Source: Dickeya dadantii NCPPB 898 (GTDB taxonomy: Bacteria; Pseudomonadota; Gammaproteobacteria; Enterobacterales; Enterobacteriaceae). From it: a stretch of 32,000 nucleotides of DNA. Both the position numbers and the translations under genes were made by a program. Of this stretch, positions 1 through 8,846 are shown in pieces. Each line of letters opens with the position of its first letter. Position 1 is the stretch's first letter. The DNA lies in the NCBI RefSeq assembly GCF_000406145.1, contig NZ_CM001976.1:1982161-2014160 (forward strand). Direction: 5' to 3'. The notes under the pieces were generated by a model, which ran no database searches, had not been told where the DNA came from, and saw nothing but the letters and a program-made list of their open reading frames with translations.

Positions 1-87
1 TCGCCATTGAAAACCGTAATCAGACGGGGACTCAGGCATTGGAACACGAACATTAATTTTTTTCTTATTCCTTCTTGTGATTTCTTC

Positions 88-113
88 GCCCCGATTTTTA
101 TCGGGGCTTTTTT
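88..113 (+). terminator. Rho-independent terminator closing a + strand gene that lies upstream of the window
   Basis: The 8-bp stem GCCCCGAT/ATCGGGGC has a TTTT loop and is followed immediately by a T6 run. Confidence 0.7.
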
Positions 114-439
114 ATAAGTAATATTTAAGAGTGCTTGACTGATACTGCCATAATCGTTGCAGGTTGTCCGTCGCTGTATATAAATGTTTATTTTCTTTGG
201 TTTTATGGTGATAGTTTCTCTGGGGTAATGGTTGGGAATATTCTGATACCGATATGGGTGAGGTCGGATAAGCTCTTATTATCAGAGTTGTATGGCTGTG
301 TGATATCAGTAGAAATCATTAAGTCAGTAACAGGTAATAAATGTGTATTAAAACTCACAGGTGAAAATCCTGATTCAGAGTATGGATATGACGCTTTGTG
401 AGGGTTTATTAATCTTAACTTACTTAGAAGGGTGCTCTT

Positions 440-832
440 ATGAAATATGTATATGGTGGGGTTTTGTGTGTGATGTCGACTCTCCTTTTTTCAGGTGTGG
501 CTGAGGCTAAAGACGAAAATCTATATGATGGCAATACTTATGTGATTAACGAAAGTGGTTATTGTGCTGTTGTTCACCGTAAAGACGGTGGTAATCTCAG
601 TGGTGATTTCAAGGGCGGTGAAAGTTTACCGCGCATTTATATTAAAGATGATAGTGGTGAGACCGTGATGGGAAAACACCCTGTTTATGTCGATGTTGAT
701 TTTTATGTGCCTGACAGTAACGATGGCAAGATTGGTAATAACCCTTGTAAGGGGGCTTTCTATATGAAAGGGAAAAAACACCTGAAGTTAGATCGCCCTA
801 TGGTAGCAATAACGAGTACTGTACAGTACTAA
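440..832 (+). CDS. Small exported protein, the divergent paralog 1 of a local two-cysteine family
   Basis: ATG start with an AAGGGTG Shine-Dalgarno sequence. Sec-type signal peptide MKYVYGGVLCVMSTLLFSGVAEA|KD. It shares the motif NT[YHQ]VxNx[ST]GYC and a second conserved Cys with the ORFs at 1243 and 1761. There is no lipobox. Confidence 0.6.
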   Translation: MKYVYGGVLCVMSTLLFSGVAEAKDENLYDGNTYVINESGYCAVVHRKDGGNLSGDFKGGESLPRIYIKDDSGETVMGKHPVYVDVDFYVPDSNDGKIGNNPCKGAFYMKGKKHLKLDRPMVAITSTVQY

Positions 833-1242
833 CAGGCATTGATAATGCCGAAAAATCAAAATGACACCTAGTGCTTGCGTAGCGGTTGGTTGTGTTTTTG
901 GCGGTTTTTACAACTTTTATTTTTTGAAATAATAACTATGGCACGGGCTAAGGTAACCATGATTCAGGCATGGCAGAGGTTGCTAATACTTATAATCACT
1001 TGACTTACTGTGTACAAATACACTGGTGATTGTATGGATATTTATAGGCTGGATTATCAACCTGTTAAAAATAACAAGTTGGATATTTATATGGGCCGGG
1101 TTTGCATGGTGTTGGACCAAAATTCCGTCCCGTAATACTTTATATTGATTTTTATAAATCTGATGTCTGATAAAAGGAATTAAAATGATGTGCCTTGTCA
1201 TGGTTCTTTAGAGGATAACTTTAACAACATCAGAGGTGAATT

Positions 1243-1617
1243 ATGAAGTATGCTGAAAAATTTTATTGTGCGATAGCCTTGCTTCTCATGTCATCGGGGG
1301 TGGTCGTGGCAGAAAATAAAGAAGTTTTTTCTAAGAATACGCATGTGGGAAATGCAACCGGGTATTGCATCACGATTTCCAGAATGGATAAAAAAGCGTT
1401 TAGCGATAATAAGTCGGTGTATTACCTGCCGGATGAGTACCTGGAGGCCACTATCGCCGCGAGTACCGCTGTTCCCCGGCCGATAAAACTCCATGTCGTT
1501 TTTTATAAGAGTTCGAAAAATGACACGGTACAGCAGTGTGGCGGCAGTAAATACAGGGAAAAAGATAAGCATTTTTATTATCCGTTTGATGCGATAACCC
1601 TGGACGATGTGCCCTGA
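1243..1617 (+). CDS. Small exported protein, paralog 2 of the local two-cysteine family
   Basis: Strong SD (GAGGTG) 6 nt upstream of the ATG. Signal peptide MKYAEKFYCAIALLLMSSGVVVA|EN. Motifs KNTHVGNATGYC and QQCGG. It forms a roughly 518-bp tandem repeat unit with the next copy. Confidence 0.65.
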   Translation: MKYAEKFYCAIALLLMSSGVVVAENKEVFSKNTHVGNATGYCITISRMDKKAFSDNKSVYYLPDEYLEATIAASTAVPRPIKLHVVFYKSSKNDTVQQCGGSKYREKDKHFYYPFDAITLDDVP

Positions 1618-1760
1618 TGGTCTGGTTACTATGCCCCGGCAGTTGTCGCTTACTGTCGTTTGTGAGGAGACTTTGGATAATGGAGTATCTCACATCCTGA
1701 GAGATGTTACTAATAACAAGAATATTGTTTTGGTCATTTTAACAACATCAGAGGTGAATC

Positions 1761-2150
1761 ATGAAACATGCTGAAAAATTAGATTCTGCGATAGCCTTGC
1801 TGCTCATATCATCGGGAATAGCCGTGGCAGAAAAGAAAGAAGTTATTAATAAGAATACGCAAGTAGGAAACGCAACCAAATATTGCATCAAGATCGACAG
1901 AATGGATAAAAAACCCTTTAGCAATGAAAAAACCGAACTATTACCTGCCGGATGACTACCAGTAAGGCAACCATCCCCAAGAATCGACCGTCTAAACCCC
2001 GGCCGATAAAACGCCATGATCGCTGATGAAAAGAATGATTCAGTAAACAATGACAGCGGTCAACAGCGAGGGCGGCCAGAAAATACAGAGATAAAAGAGA
2101 AGCATTTTTATTATAAGTTTCATGAGATAAACCTGGACGATGTGCCCTGA
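1761..2150 (+). pseudogene. Decayed third copy of the small exported protein family
   Basis: It has the same leader (TTTAACAACATCAGAGGTGAAT) and the same N-terminus (MKHAEKLDSAIALLLISSGIAVAEKKEVINKNTQVGNATKYC) as the 1243 gene. The frame breaks after codon 64. DNA homology to the 1243 copy continues through several stops to the shared 3-prime end CTGGACGATGTGCCCTGA at 2133-2150. Confidence 0.7.
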
Positions 2151-2201
2151 TGGTCTATTTAATATGCCCCGGCAGTTTCGCTCACTGCTTTTCGTGGGAA
2201 T

Positions 2202-2879
2202 GTGGACGGGAAACCTATACCTGTGATTCGAATTGAAAATGTGCACCACTGCTATGGTGATATGACCATATTGCATTCACTTTCATTACATCTTCGGCAT
2301 GGGGAAACCTGTGCCGTTCTTGGTCGCTCCGGCAGCGGCAAAAGTACGCTGCTCAATATCCTGGGGCTGCTGGAGCCGCTACAGCAGGGCAGTTATCATC
2401 TGGATGGCGAGGATATCCGGCTGTGTTCCGCTGGTTTGCGTGCCCGGCTGCGTAATCAAAAACTGGGATTTGTGTTCCAGCATTTTCATTTGCTGACCAG
2501 CCATAACGTGCTGGATAACGTGGCGCTGCCGCTGTTGTATCGAAATATCCCCGTGGCGCAGGCCCGCCGCCGCGCCGCCGACGTTTTGGACGAATTGGGG
2601 ATGTATTCGTATCGTCTGCAACGCCCGGCAACCCTGTCCGGCGGGCAACGCCAGCGGGTCGCATTGGCCCGGGCGCTGGTGGGCGAACCCTCCGTGTTGC
2701 TGGCGGATGAACCGACCGGCAACCTGGATGCCGAAACCGCGCAAGAGATCCTCAGCCTGTTATTGGATATCAACCGCCAGCGGGCATTAACCCTCGTGAT
2801 GGTGACCCACGACGAGCAACTGGCACAACGGCTGCAGCGACGTTGTCGCATGAAAGACGGCGTGCTGGTTGCGGAGTAA
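2202..2879 (+). CDS. ABC transporter ATP-binding protein (MacB/LolD/DevA-like, separate ATPase subunit)
   Basis: Walker A GRSGSGKST, signature LSGGQRQRVALARAL and Walker B LLADEPTGNLD. GTG start. Its end overlaps the start region of the permease ORF. Confidence 0.9.
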   Translation: MDGKPIPVIRIENVHHCYGDMTILHSLSLHLRHGETCAVLGRSGSGKSTLLNILGLLEPLQQGSYHLDGEDIRLCSAGLRARLRNQKLGFVFQHFHLLTSHNVLDNVALPLLYRNIPVAQARRRAADVLDELGMYSYRLQRPATLSGGQRQRVALARALVGEPSVLLADEPTGNLDAETAQEILSLLLDINRQRALTLVMVTHDEQLAQRLQRRCRMKDGVLVAE

Positions 2880-4068
2880 GTGCGGCATGAATGTGATGCA
2901 ACAATGGCTTGAAGCTTGCCGCAATCTGATCGCCTTCCATCAGCGTGCGTCGCTGGCGATGTTGGGCATCGGCGTTGGCAGCGCATTGGTGGTGACCCTG
3001 TTAATGCTGGGCAAAAGCGCCCAGCAGATGGCAATGAGTGCGTTTGACCATTTGGGCGGCGATATCATTGTGGTCGATATCGGCATCAAGGAGGACAGTC
3101 ACTCGCCGGTGCCGTTGTTGCCTGTCAAGCTGGATCTGTCGGCGCTGTCCCATGTGCACCGCGGCATTCGGCGTGTTGTCCCGGTAGCGCGCTGGAATGC
3201 CTCGTTGCCACAGAAAGGGGATGATGACGGCATCCCGTTGATGGTGATCGGCTCTACGCCCGACCTGATGCCGTTGCTGGGGTTGACGCTGGCGCAGGGG
3301 CGGGCGTTTTCCCGTTACGACAGCCGCAGCACCTATGCCATCGTCAGTGCGGATCTGGCCTCCCGGCTTTCGGGTTCTGCCCCGGCGCGCACTTTCCGGC
3401 TCGGCCATTATGGCTTTGATGTTATTGGTACCCTGAAATCAGCGACGTTATCAATCGGCGGTCAGACGACCGAGCATATTGTGTTGGTGCCGATAGAAAC
3501 CATCACGCGGATTTCGCCTTTTGCGACCACGGATCTGCTGTACATACAGGTGACGTCGACCACGCTCCTGACGTCGGTTGTCGATGCGATCCGGCCCTGG
3601 CTTGAGCAGATGCTGCCGACGCGGACGATCCAAGTTCAGATCCAGCAACAACTCATCGATAGCATGGCGCAGCAAAATGCGACCTTCCGCTATCTGCTGG
3701 CTGCGCTGGCTGCCGTGGCGCTGCTAATGGGCGGGATTGGCGTCATGAACGTCATGGTGATGAGCGTGTCAGCGCGTCGGTATGAGATCGGCCTGCGTCA
3801 GGCTATTGGTGCCCGTTCGCTGGATATCGGCGTGTTGTTTCTGTTGGAAGCTGCTCTGCTTTCATTGCCCGGCGCGGTGCTGGGCAGCGTAGCAGGGGCG
3901 CTGCTCGCCTGGGCTTATACCCGTTACGCCGATTGGCCGCTGATGGTCGAGCTGTGGGTGTTTCCGCTGGCTATCGGCAGCGCGTTGGTACTGGCGGTCT
4001 TTTTTGGTTTGAAACCCTCTTTGACCGCTGCTCGTTTATCTCCTGCGGAGGCGTTACGTGAACATTAA
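2869..4068 (+). CDS. ABC transporter permease with a MacB-like periplasmic domain and an FtsX-type C-terminal TM bundle
   Basis: An N-terminal TM helix (LAMLGIGVGSALVVTLLML) is followed by a soluble domain of about 220 aa and then three C-terminal TM helices typical of the FtsX/MacB family. The ORF opens at a TTG at 2869, but the ATG at 2887 (MNVMQQW) is the more likely start. Confidence 0.85.
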   Translation: MRSKCGMNVMQQWLEACRNLIAFHQRASLAMLGIGVGSALVVTLLMLGKSAQQMAMSAFDHLGGDIIVVDIGIKEDSHSPVPLLPVKLDLSALSHVHRGIRRVVPVARWNASLPQKGDDDGIPLMVIGSTPDLMPLLGLTLAQGRAFSRYDSRSTYAIVSADLASRLSGSAPARTFRLGHYGFDVIGTLKSATLSIGGQTTEHIVLVPIETITRISPFATTDLLYIQVTSTTLLTSVVDAIRPWLEQMLPTRTIQVQIQQQLIDSMAQQNATFRYLLAALAAVALLMGGIGVMNVMVMSVSARRYEIGLRQAIGARSLDIGVLFLLEAALLSLPGAVLGSVAGALLAWAYTRYADWPLMVELWVFPLAIGSALVLAVFFGLKPSLTAARLSPAEALREH

Positions 4069-5503
4069 CCCGGCGTATGCCGCCGCTTTTTTATCGTTAC
4101 TGGTCGCACCCTGGCTGTCGCTGGCGAATGGTGCGACAGCCGGCGTGCCGTTATTACAGGAAAAGGTGCCGCTTACGCTGGCCGATGCGGTCGCGCTGGG
4201 CGTACGCAACAGTAATACGCTGAAAAGCGTTGCGTTAACCCGGCTAATGGACAAGTTTGATCTGCTGGTTGCCGAAGATGGCTTCCGGCCGCATCTGGTG
4301 TTGAACAATCAGTATCGTCACAACATGGGGGCGCAGTTGCCCGGGCAGGAAAATCATGCCGGTCTTTCCGCCAGCCTGCTGACGCCATTGGGCACGCAGT
4401 TTGAGGCTGACTGGAACGATGACTATTCCGGCCAGTCATCGGCAGGAAGTTCCCGCAGTCTGGGAAACTCGGCCAGTGTCGTGCAGCCGTTGTTAAAGGG
4501 CGCCGGTGTTGACTTTAATACCGCGCCGGTGCGTTTGGCCCGGCTTGATGAGCGCATTGGTCACCTGAACCAGCAAAAGCAGTTCGCCGACACCATTACC
4601 CGGATTATTCAGGCTTACTACGGCTTGCTGGCCGCACAGCAAGGGGTGATGCTGGCGCAGGAATCGCTGCAACGCGCCAGCGCGCAGCGCGACGTGATGC
4701 AGGCATTGATTGACAGCGGCAGGCAGGCGGCGCTCGACAAACTCCAGAGCGATGCCGATATATCCTCGCAGCAGTTAAATCTGGAACAGCAGGAGAATGC
4801 GTTGAACGAGCGACGTCTGGCGCTGAACGGTTTATTGGGCATTGACACCCGTACGCCGTTGAGTGCCAGCGAGCGCCTCGACATACAGCCGATCACCCTG
4901 AAAGCGCCGCAGGCGATAGCGTTGGCGATGAAAAATCAACCTGATTATCTGATTCAGCAACTCACGGCGGACAAACAGCAGATCTACCTGATGCAGGCGA
5001 AAAACCAGCGCCTGTGGGGGGTGGATCTGGTCGCCGGGGCCGGGCGGGTGAATACCCGGGCGGCAGATATCGAGGATGATGGCCGCTGGCAGCGCTATGT
5101 CGGCCTGAATGTCTCCATTCCGTTGAACGACCTGCAGGCGCGTCAGGAAGAGCAGCGCGCCTGGGTGGCGGGGAAAATACAGCTATTACAGATGGCGGAT
5201 GTGCGTCAGCAACTGGAAGAAACGGTCACGCAGCAGGTCAACGCGCTTAATAGCAACTGGCAGCAGTTTTTGATTGCCGATCGCCTGACGCGACTGTCGG
5301 AAAAAACATTGCAGGCGGAGCAGGCCAAGCTACTGGCAGGGCGTTCATCGAACTTTCAGGTGCTGAGCTACCAGACCAGTCTGCGCACCGCGCAAAGTGC
5401 GCGCGTGTCCGCGCAGATCGCCTATCTCAACGCGCGTGCTGAGCTGGATCGCGTGCTGGGCACCACCCTTAACCACTGGAGAATACAGCAGAATGATCGG
5501 TAA
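4058..5503 (+). CDS. TolC-family outer membrane efflux protein (OMF)
   Basis: Signal peptide MNINPAYAAAFLSLLVAPWLSLANG. Two long coiled-coil-rich repeats and the LTLADAVALGVRNS N-terminal motif are typical of OMF proteins. The GTG start overlaps the permease stop by 11 nt. Confidence 0.8.
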   Translation: MNINPAYAAAFLSLLVAPWLSLANGATAGVPLLQEKVPLTLADAVALGVRNSNTLKSVALTRLMDKFDLLVAEDGFRPHLVLNNQYRHNMGAQLPGQENHAGLSASLLTPLGTQFEADWNDDYSGQSSAGSSRSLGNSASVVQPLLKGAGVDFNTAPVRLARLDERIGHLNQQKQFADTITRIIQAYYGLLAAQQGVMLAQESLQRASAQRDVMQALIDSGRQAALDKLQSDADISSQQLNLEQQENALNERRLALNGLLGIDTRTPLSASERLDIQPITLKAPQAIALAMKNQPDYLIQQLTADKQQIYLMQAKNQRLWGVDLVAGAGRVNTRAADIEDDGRWQRYVGLNVSIPLNDLQARQEEQRAWVAGKIQLLQMADVRQQLEETVTQQVNALNSNWQQFLIADRLTRLSEKTLQAEQAKLLAGRSSNFQVLSYQTSLRTAQSARVSAQIAYLNARAELDRVLGTTLNHWRIQQNDR

Positions 5504-6767
5504 TTTTCGCTGGTGGCGGCGGGTGCTGTATGGCGGAGTAATCATATTGGTGGCAGCGGCCTCGGTATTTTTATCCCGACGGGCCGAGAGCGAGGGGGAA
5601 ACCGGGACACAATGGCGTGCTGTCACGCCATCGCCGGTGGAAAACCATATTACGCTGTTGGCGCACGTGCAGGCGGCGGAGCAATATTTGGTCAGCGCCC
5701 CTTTTGATAGTCATATCAGCCAATTGAGCGTTCAGGAGGGACAAGAGGTGCATAAAGGCGATCCCCTGCTGGTGCTGGACACCACCCCGCTGCAGATTGA
5801 GTATCGCGACGGTCAGGCGCAATTTCTCAAGGCACGTCAGTCGCTACGAAATTTACGCGCCTGGGAAAACAGCAATGAAGTGATGTCGGCTCAGCGGGCG
5901 TTGGTCATGGCGGAAATGGGCGAACGCGACGCCGCCAGCCAGTTGAATGCGGCGGAGCCGCTGTATCACCAGGGGATTATTGCACGTTCGGAGCGCGACA
6001 GCCTGGCTCAGCAACTGGCCAGCCGCCGCCTGGAGTTGCAGGCGGCGCGTCAGGCGCTGACATCCGTACGGGCGTCGGGAAGTGCGGAAAATCAGACGGT
6101 GGCTGAACTGGAGCTGAATAACGCCGAACAGAAATTACAGCAAATTCGTGACCAGCAGGCACGCAGTTGGCTGTATGCGCCCGGTGACGGTTATGCCGTT
6201 CGTATACAAAACGACGACAAAGATAAGGTAACGTTTCCCCGACTAGGCCAGCGTGTCGGCGCGGGGGAGCCGTTATTCATGCTGGCGGGCGTGACGCGCT
6301 TTGACGCGCGGGCCAAAGCCGACGAAGCCGATATCGAGCATCTGCGGCCGGGTATGCCCGTCACGCTTACCAGCGAGGCGCTGCCCGGCCAGCCGCTGGC
6401 TGGCACATTACGGATGGTCAGCCCGCAGGCTAATTACACCGAAGGGCAGCCAGGCGCTACCTATGATGTTGTCTTCAATCTCGATTGCTGCCATGCCGGG
6501 CAGGCGGTGCCGCGGTTTGGTATGTCCGCGCTGGTGACAATCACCATATTATCCGACCCGAAAGGCATGGTGCTGTTACCGGATGAGATCGGCCAGGATG
6601 AGCAGGGAAAAACCGCGGTTTATTATCGCCGCACACCACAGGCAGCGCCGGAAGTGAGGCGGATTGACGTCGTCAGCCCGTTGCCACAGGGTGTTCTGGT
6701 AAAAGGGCTGGAGCCCGGCGAGGTCCGAAAGTGGGATTGTTGCCGCGAAACTACCGCTACCCGCTGA
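5493..6767 (+). CDS. HlyD-family periplasmic adaptor (membrane fusion protein)
   Basis: The ATG at 5493 overlaps the OMF stop (ATGATCGGTAA). It has an N-terminal anchor helix (VLYGGVIILVAAASVFL), a lipoyl-like segment (GQEVHKGDPLLVLD) and a long coiled-coil hairpin. The listed ORF start at 5397 lies inside the OMF gene and is unlikely. Confidence 0.8.
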   Translation: MIGNFRWWRRVLYGGVIILVAAASVFLSRRAESEGETGTQWRAVTPSPVENHITLLAHVQAAEQYLVSAPFDSHISQLSVQEGQEVHKGDPLLVLDTTPLQIEYRDGQAQFLKARQSLRNLRAWENSNEVMSAQRALVMAEMGERDAASQLNAAEPLYHQGIIARSERDSLAQQLASRRLELQAARQALTSVRASGSAENQTVAELELNNAEQKLQQIRDQQARSWLYAPGDGYAVRIQNDDKDKVTFPRLGQRVGAGEPLFMLAGVTRFDARAKADEADIEHLRPGMPVTLTSEALPGQPLAGTLRMVSPQANYTEGQPGATYDVVFNLDCCHAGQAVPRFGMSALVTITILSDPKGMVLLPDEIGQDEQGKTAVYYRRTPQAAPEVRRIDVVSPLPQGVLVKGLEPGEVRKWDCCRETTATR

Positions 6768-6780
6768 GTGTTCGAAGAAA

Positions 6781-6807
6781 AGAGTGGTGCCGGGCTGGCA
6801 CCGCTCT
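6781..6807. terminator. Hairpin between convergent genes, most likely the pemB terminator
   Basis: AGAGTGGTGCC-GGGC-TGGCACCGCTCT forms an 11-bp stem with one G-T pair. It is flanked by an A-rich tract on the + strand, which reads as a U-tract on the - strand. Confidence 0.5.
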
Positions 6808-6836
6808 TCGGCTGAAAGCCATACGGCATATCGGCA

Positions 6837-8138
6837 TTACTCGCGCAGCAGCACCTGGGTGTTGTATTCCCACAGTCGGTTGAAGTGGATGTCGTCCAGA
6901 TCGCGCTGCGGGCTGATATTACCCTTGAACGGCCGGTCGGTGGTGGCCGCTGCGCCCCACGGGTTGACGAGGTCGTAGCTGCTGTCGATGGTACTGTCGC
7001 GGATCACCAACTGGCCGTTGGCGGTTTTGCCCGGCAGGTAGCCGGTCTGTTTCGCGCCCTGATCCCAGGCGCGGCCCAGCTTGGCCTTTTGCGCGCCGCG
7101 ATAGCCGCTGTCGCCGGTCAGTTGGCTGTTGATCACCAGAAAGCCGTATTTTACCGATGGAATGCTGTCCGGTGCGAACACATAGGCTTCTTTCGAACCG
7201 CGGCTGGACACGGTATGGAAACGCACCCTGTCAAACACGGCGGTGGCGCGGCCGAACACGTAATCGACATCCCCTTCAATGTAGCTGTCCTTGATGTAGG
7301 CGCGGCTGTAATGGTCGGTGACATAGCTGTTTTGGCGGTCGCTGGTATTGACGAAGAAGGTGTCCTGACGGCTGAGCAGGCGGACATTTTCCAGTTGTAC
7401 CCGATCGCCGTCGGTGCGCAGCGCGACCGCCTGATGGGTGCCGCTGTCGACCGTGTCCAGCAAGGCGTTGACCACCGTCAGATTTTTCAACTGAAAATCA
7501 TTGCTCTGCGACCACATCACCGCCGAGCAGGTGGTATTGATGGTGGCGCCCGCTTTTGTGGCGCAGGCGTTGTACATATACCAGGCCGGGTCGGCGGGTT
7601 GATACTGGCCGTGCGGATTGACGCGGGCGCGGTAGTCGGCCGGCGACATCATCGAATCCAGCGCCAGCGACACCACCACCTGTTCCGGCCGGTCACCCGC
7701 GCCGAACAGCGTCAACGGCGGCGCGCCTTCCGGTATGTATACCGTACCGGTATAGGTGCCCGGCAGCAGTTTGATGTACACCCGCGTTTGCCCTGGATGC
7801 TGGCGCAGCGCCGCGTTCACCGCCTGCTGGATGCTGGTATGGGTGGCGCCCGCCACGCCGGCGCGGGGGCCGACCACATAGGCGGCAGTAACGCGCGAGG
7901 TGTCAATGGGCGTTGGCGTCCAGCCATCCGCTACCGGCTTGGCGTATTCACCGCCGTGGGCGAAATAGTGCTGCGGGGTAAAGCGACCGGCCTCCTGCGC
8001 CGATAGCACCGGGCGACTGACGGTGCCGGGAAACACCGGCTGGAAACGCGCCGAATTCGGCGTCTGGCCGCCGCAGGCGGTCAGAATCAGTGACATGGAC
8101 ACCGCGGCGGCCAGCCCGGAATAGTGTGTCAGACTCAC
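6837..8138 (-). CDS. pemB: Pectinesterase (pectin methylesterase), outer-membrane lipoprotein
   Basis: Lipobox LILTAC|GG. Pectinesterase motifs QAVAL, DYVFG and LGRAW are present. The 433-aa length and the N-terminus MSLTHYSGLAAAV match my recollection of Dickeya (Erwinia chrysanthemi) PemB. GTG start with an AAGGAG SD 7 nt upstream. Confidence 0.9.
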   Translation of the reverse strand: MSLTHYSGLAAAVSMSLILTACGGQTPNSARFQPVFPGTVSRPVLSAQEAGRFTPQHYFAHGGEYAKPVADGWTPTPIDTSRVTAAYVVGPRAGVAGATHTSIQQAVNAALRQHPGQTRVYIKLLPGTYTGTVYIPEGAPPLTLFGAGDRPEQVVVSLALDSMMSPADYRARVNPHGQYQPADPAWYMYNACATKAGATINTTCSAVMWSQSNDFQLKNLTVVNALLDTVDSGTHQAVALRTDGDRVQLENVRLLSRQDTFFVNTSDRQNSYVTDHYSRAYIKDSYIEGDVDYVFGRATAVFDRVRFHTVSSRGSKEAYVFAPDSIPSVKYGFLVINSQLTGDSGYRGAQKAKLGRAWDQGAKQTGYLPGKTANGQLVIRDSTIDSSYDLVNPWGAAATTDRPFKGNISPQRDLDDIHFNRLWEYNTQVLLRE

Positions 8139-8246
8139 AGCGTACTCCTTTCAGGTTGAGGTCATGTTGCTGTATTCGTATACGTTAGGCTGTGGCAGCC
8201 TACGCAACCCGCTACGAAAAAACGCGAAGCGGGATCATAATTTCCG

Positions 8247-8270
8247 AAAAATAAACCTGCGTTTCATTTT
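8247..8270. promoter_or_regulatory. Candidate KdgR operator upstream of pemB
   Basis: AAAATAAAC-CTGC-GTTTCATTTT lies about 110-130 bp upstream of the pemB start. The right half matches the GTTTCATTT half-site of the KdgR box as I remember it. The left half is imperfect. Confidence 0.4.
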
Positions 8271-8423
8271 TGTCTGCGAACTGCTGCGACGAAACATAGC
8301 GCAATTCTGATTTTTAGCGGCTTTTCTGTTAGATATAGAAACGTTCCGTCAGGGATAGGTGGCGGGAAGGACGGACGTGACAGACGGGCCGGATGGTAAA
8401 CCGATAACTGAACAGCATAAAAC

Positions 8424-8762
8424 ATGGCATTACTGATAAAGGCGGCGCTAGGCGCGCTCGTGGTGGTATTGATAGGCCTGTTGGCCAAAACCCGTAATTA
8501 TTATATTGCCGGGTTGGTGCCGCTGTTTCCAACGTTTGCGCTGATAGCGCATTACATCGTGGGGGCGGAGCGCGGCGTGGAAGCGCTGCGCACCACCATT
8601 CTGTTTGGCATCTGGGCGGTGATCCCTTATCTGGTGTACCTGATTTCGCTCTATTACTTTACCGGTGTGATGCGCCTGCCGTCGGCGCTGATGCTGGCGG
8701 TGGTGTGCTGGAGCCTGTCGGCGGCGGTGCTGGTGAAAGTCTGGAGCAGTTACTATGCCTGA
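8424..8762 (+). CDS. GlpM/YdgC-family inner membrane protein
   Basis: 112 aa with four TM helices. The sequence MALLIKAALGALVVVLIGLLAKTRNYYIAGLVPLFPTFALIAHYIV is closely similar to E. coli YdgC as I recall it. Confidence 0.85.
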   Translation: MALLIKAALGALVVVLIGLLAKTRNYYIAGLVPLFPTFALIAHYIVGAERGVEALRTTILFGIWAVIPYLVYLISLYYFTGVMRLPSALMLAVVCWSLSAAVLVKVWSSYYA

Positions 8763-8846
8763 TAGGATATGAGGGCGCGGCGCAGGCGGTAAACACGCCC
8801 GGCGCGACCAGCGCCGGGTGGCAATGCTACCGTTACGGGTCGTCAG

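Noticed and set aside
135-401. 88-aa + strand ORF upstream of the first small-protein gene
   Set aside because: It has a TTG start, no SD, no signal peptide and no recognisable similarity to its neighbours. I cannot support it as a gene, although an internal ATG-initiated peptide cannot be excluded.
983-1201. 72-aa - strand ORF between paralogs 1 and 2
   Set aside because: It lies in AT-rich intergenic DNA, has an implausible composition, and lacks an SD or any family resemblance.
6885-8006. 373-aa + strand ORF opposite pemB
   Set aside because: It is a shadow ORF antisense to a well-supported GC-rich gene. The translation is low-complexity and rich in R/A/G/V, and there is no SD. The same applies to 7151-7387.
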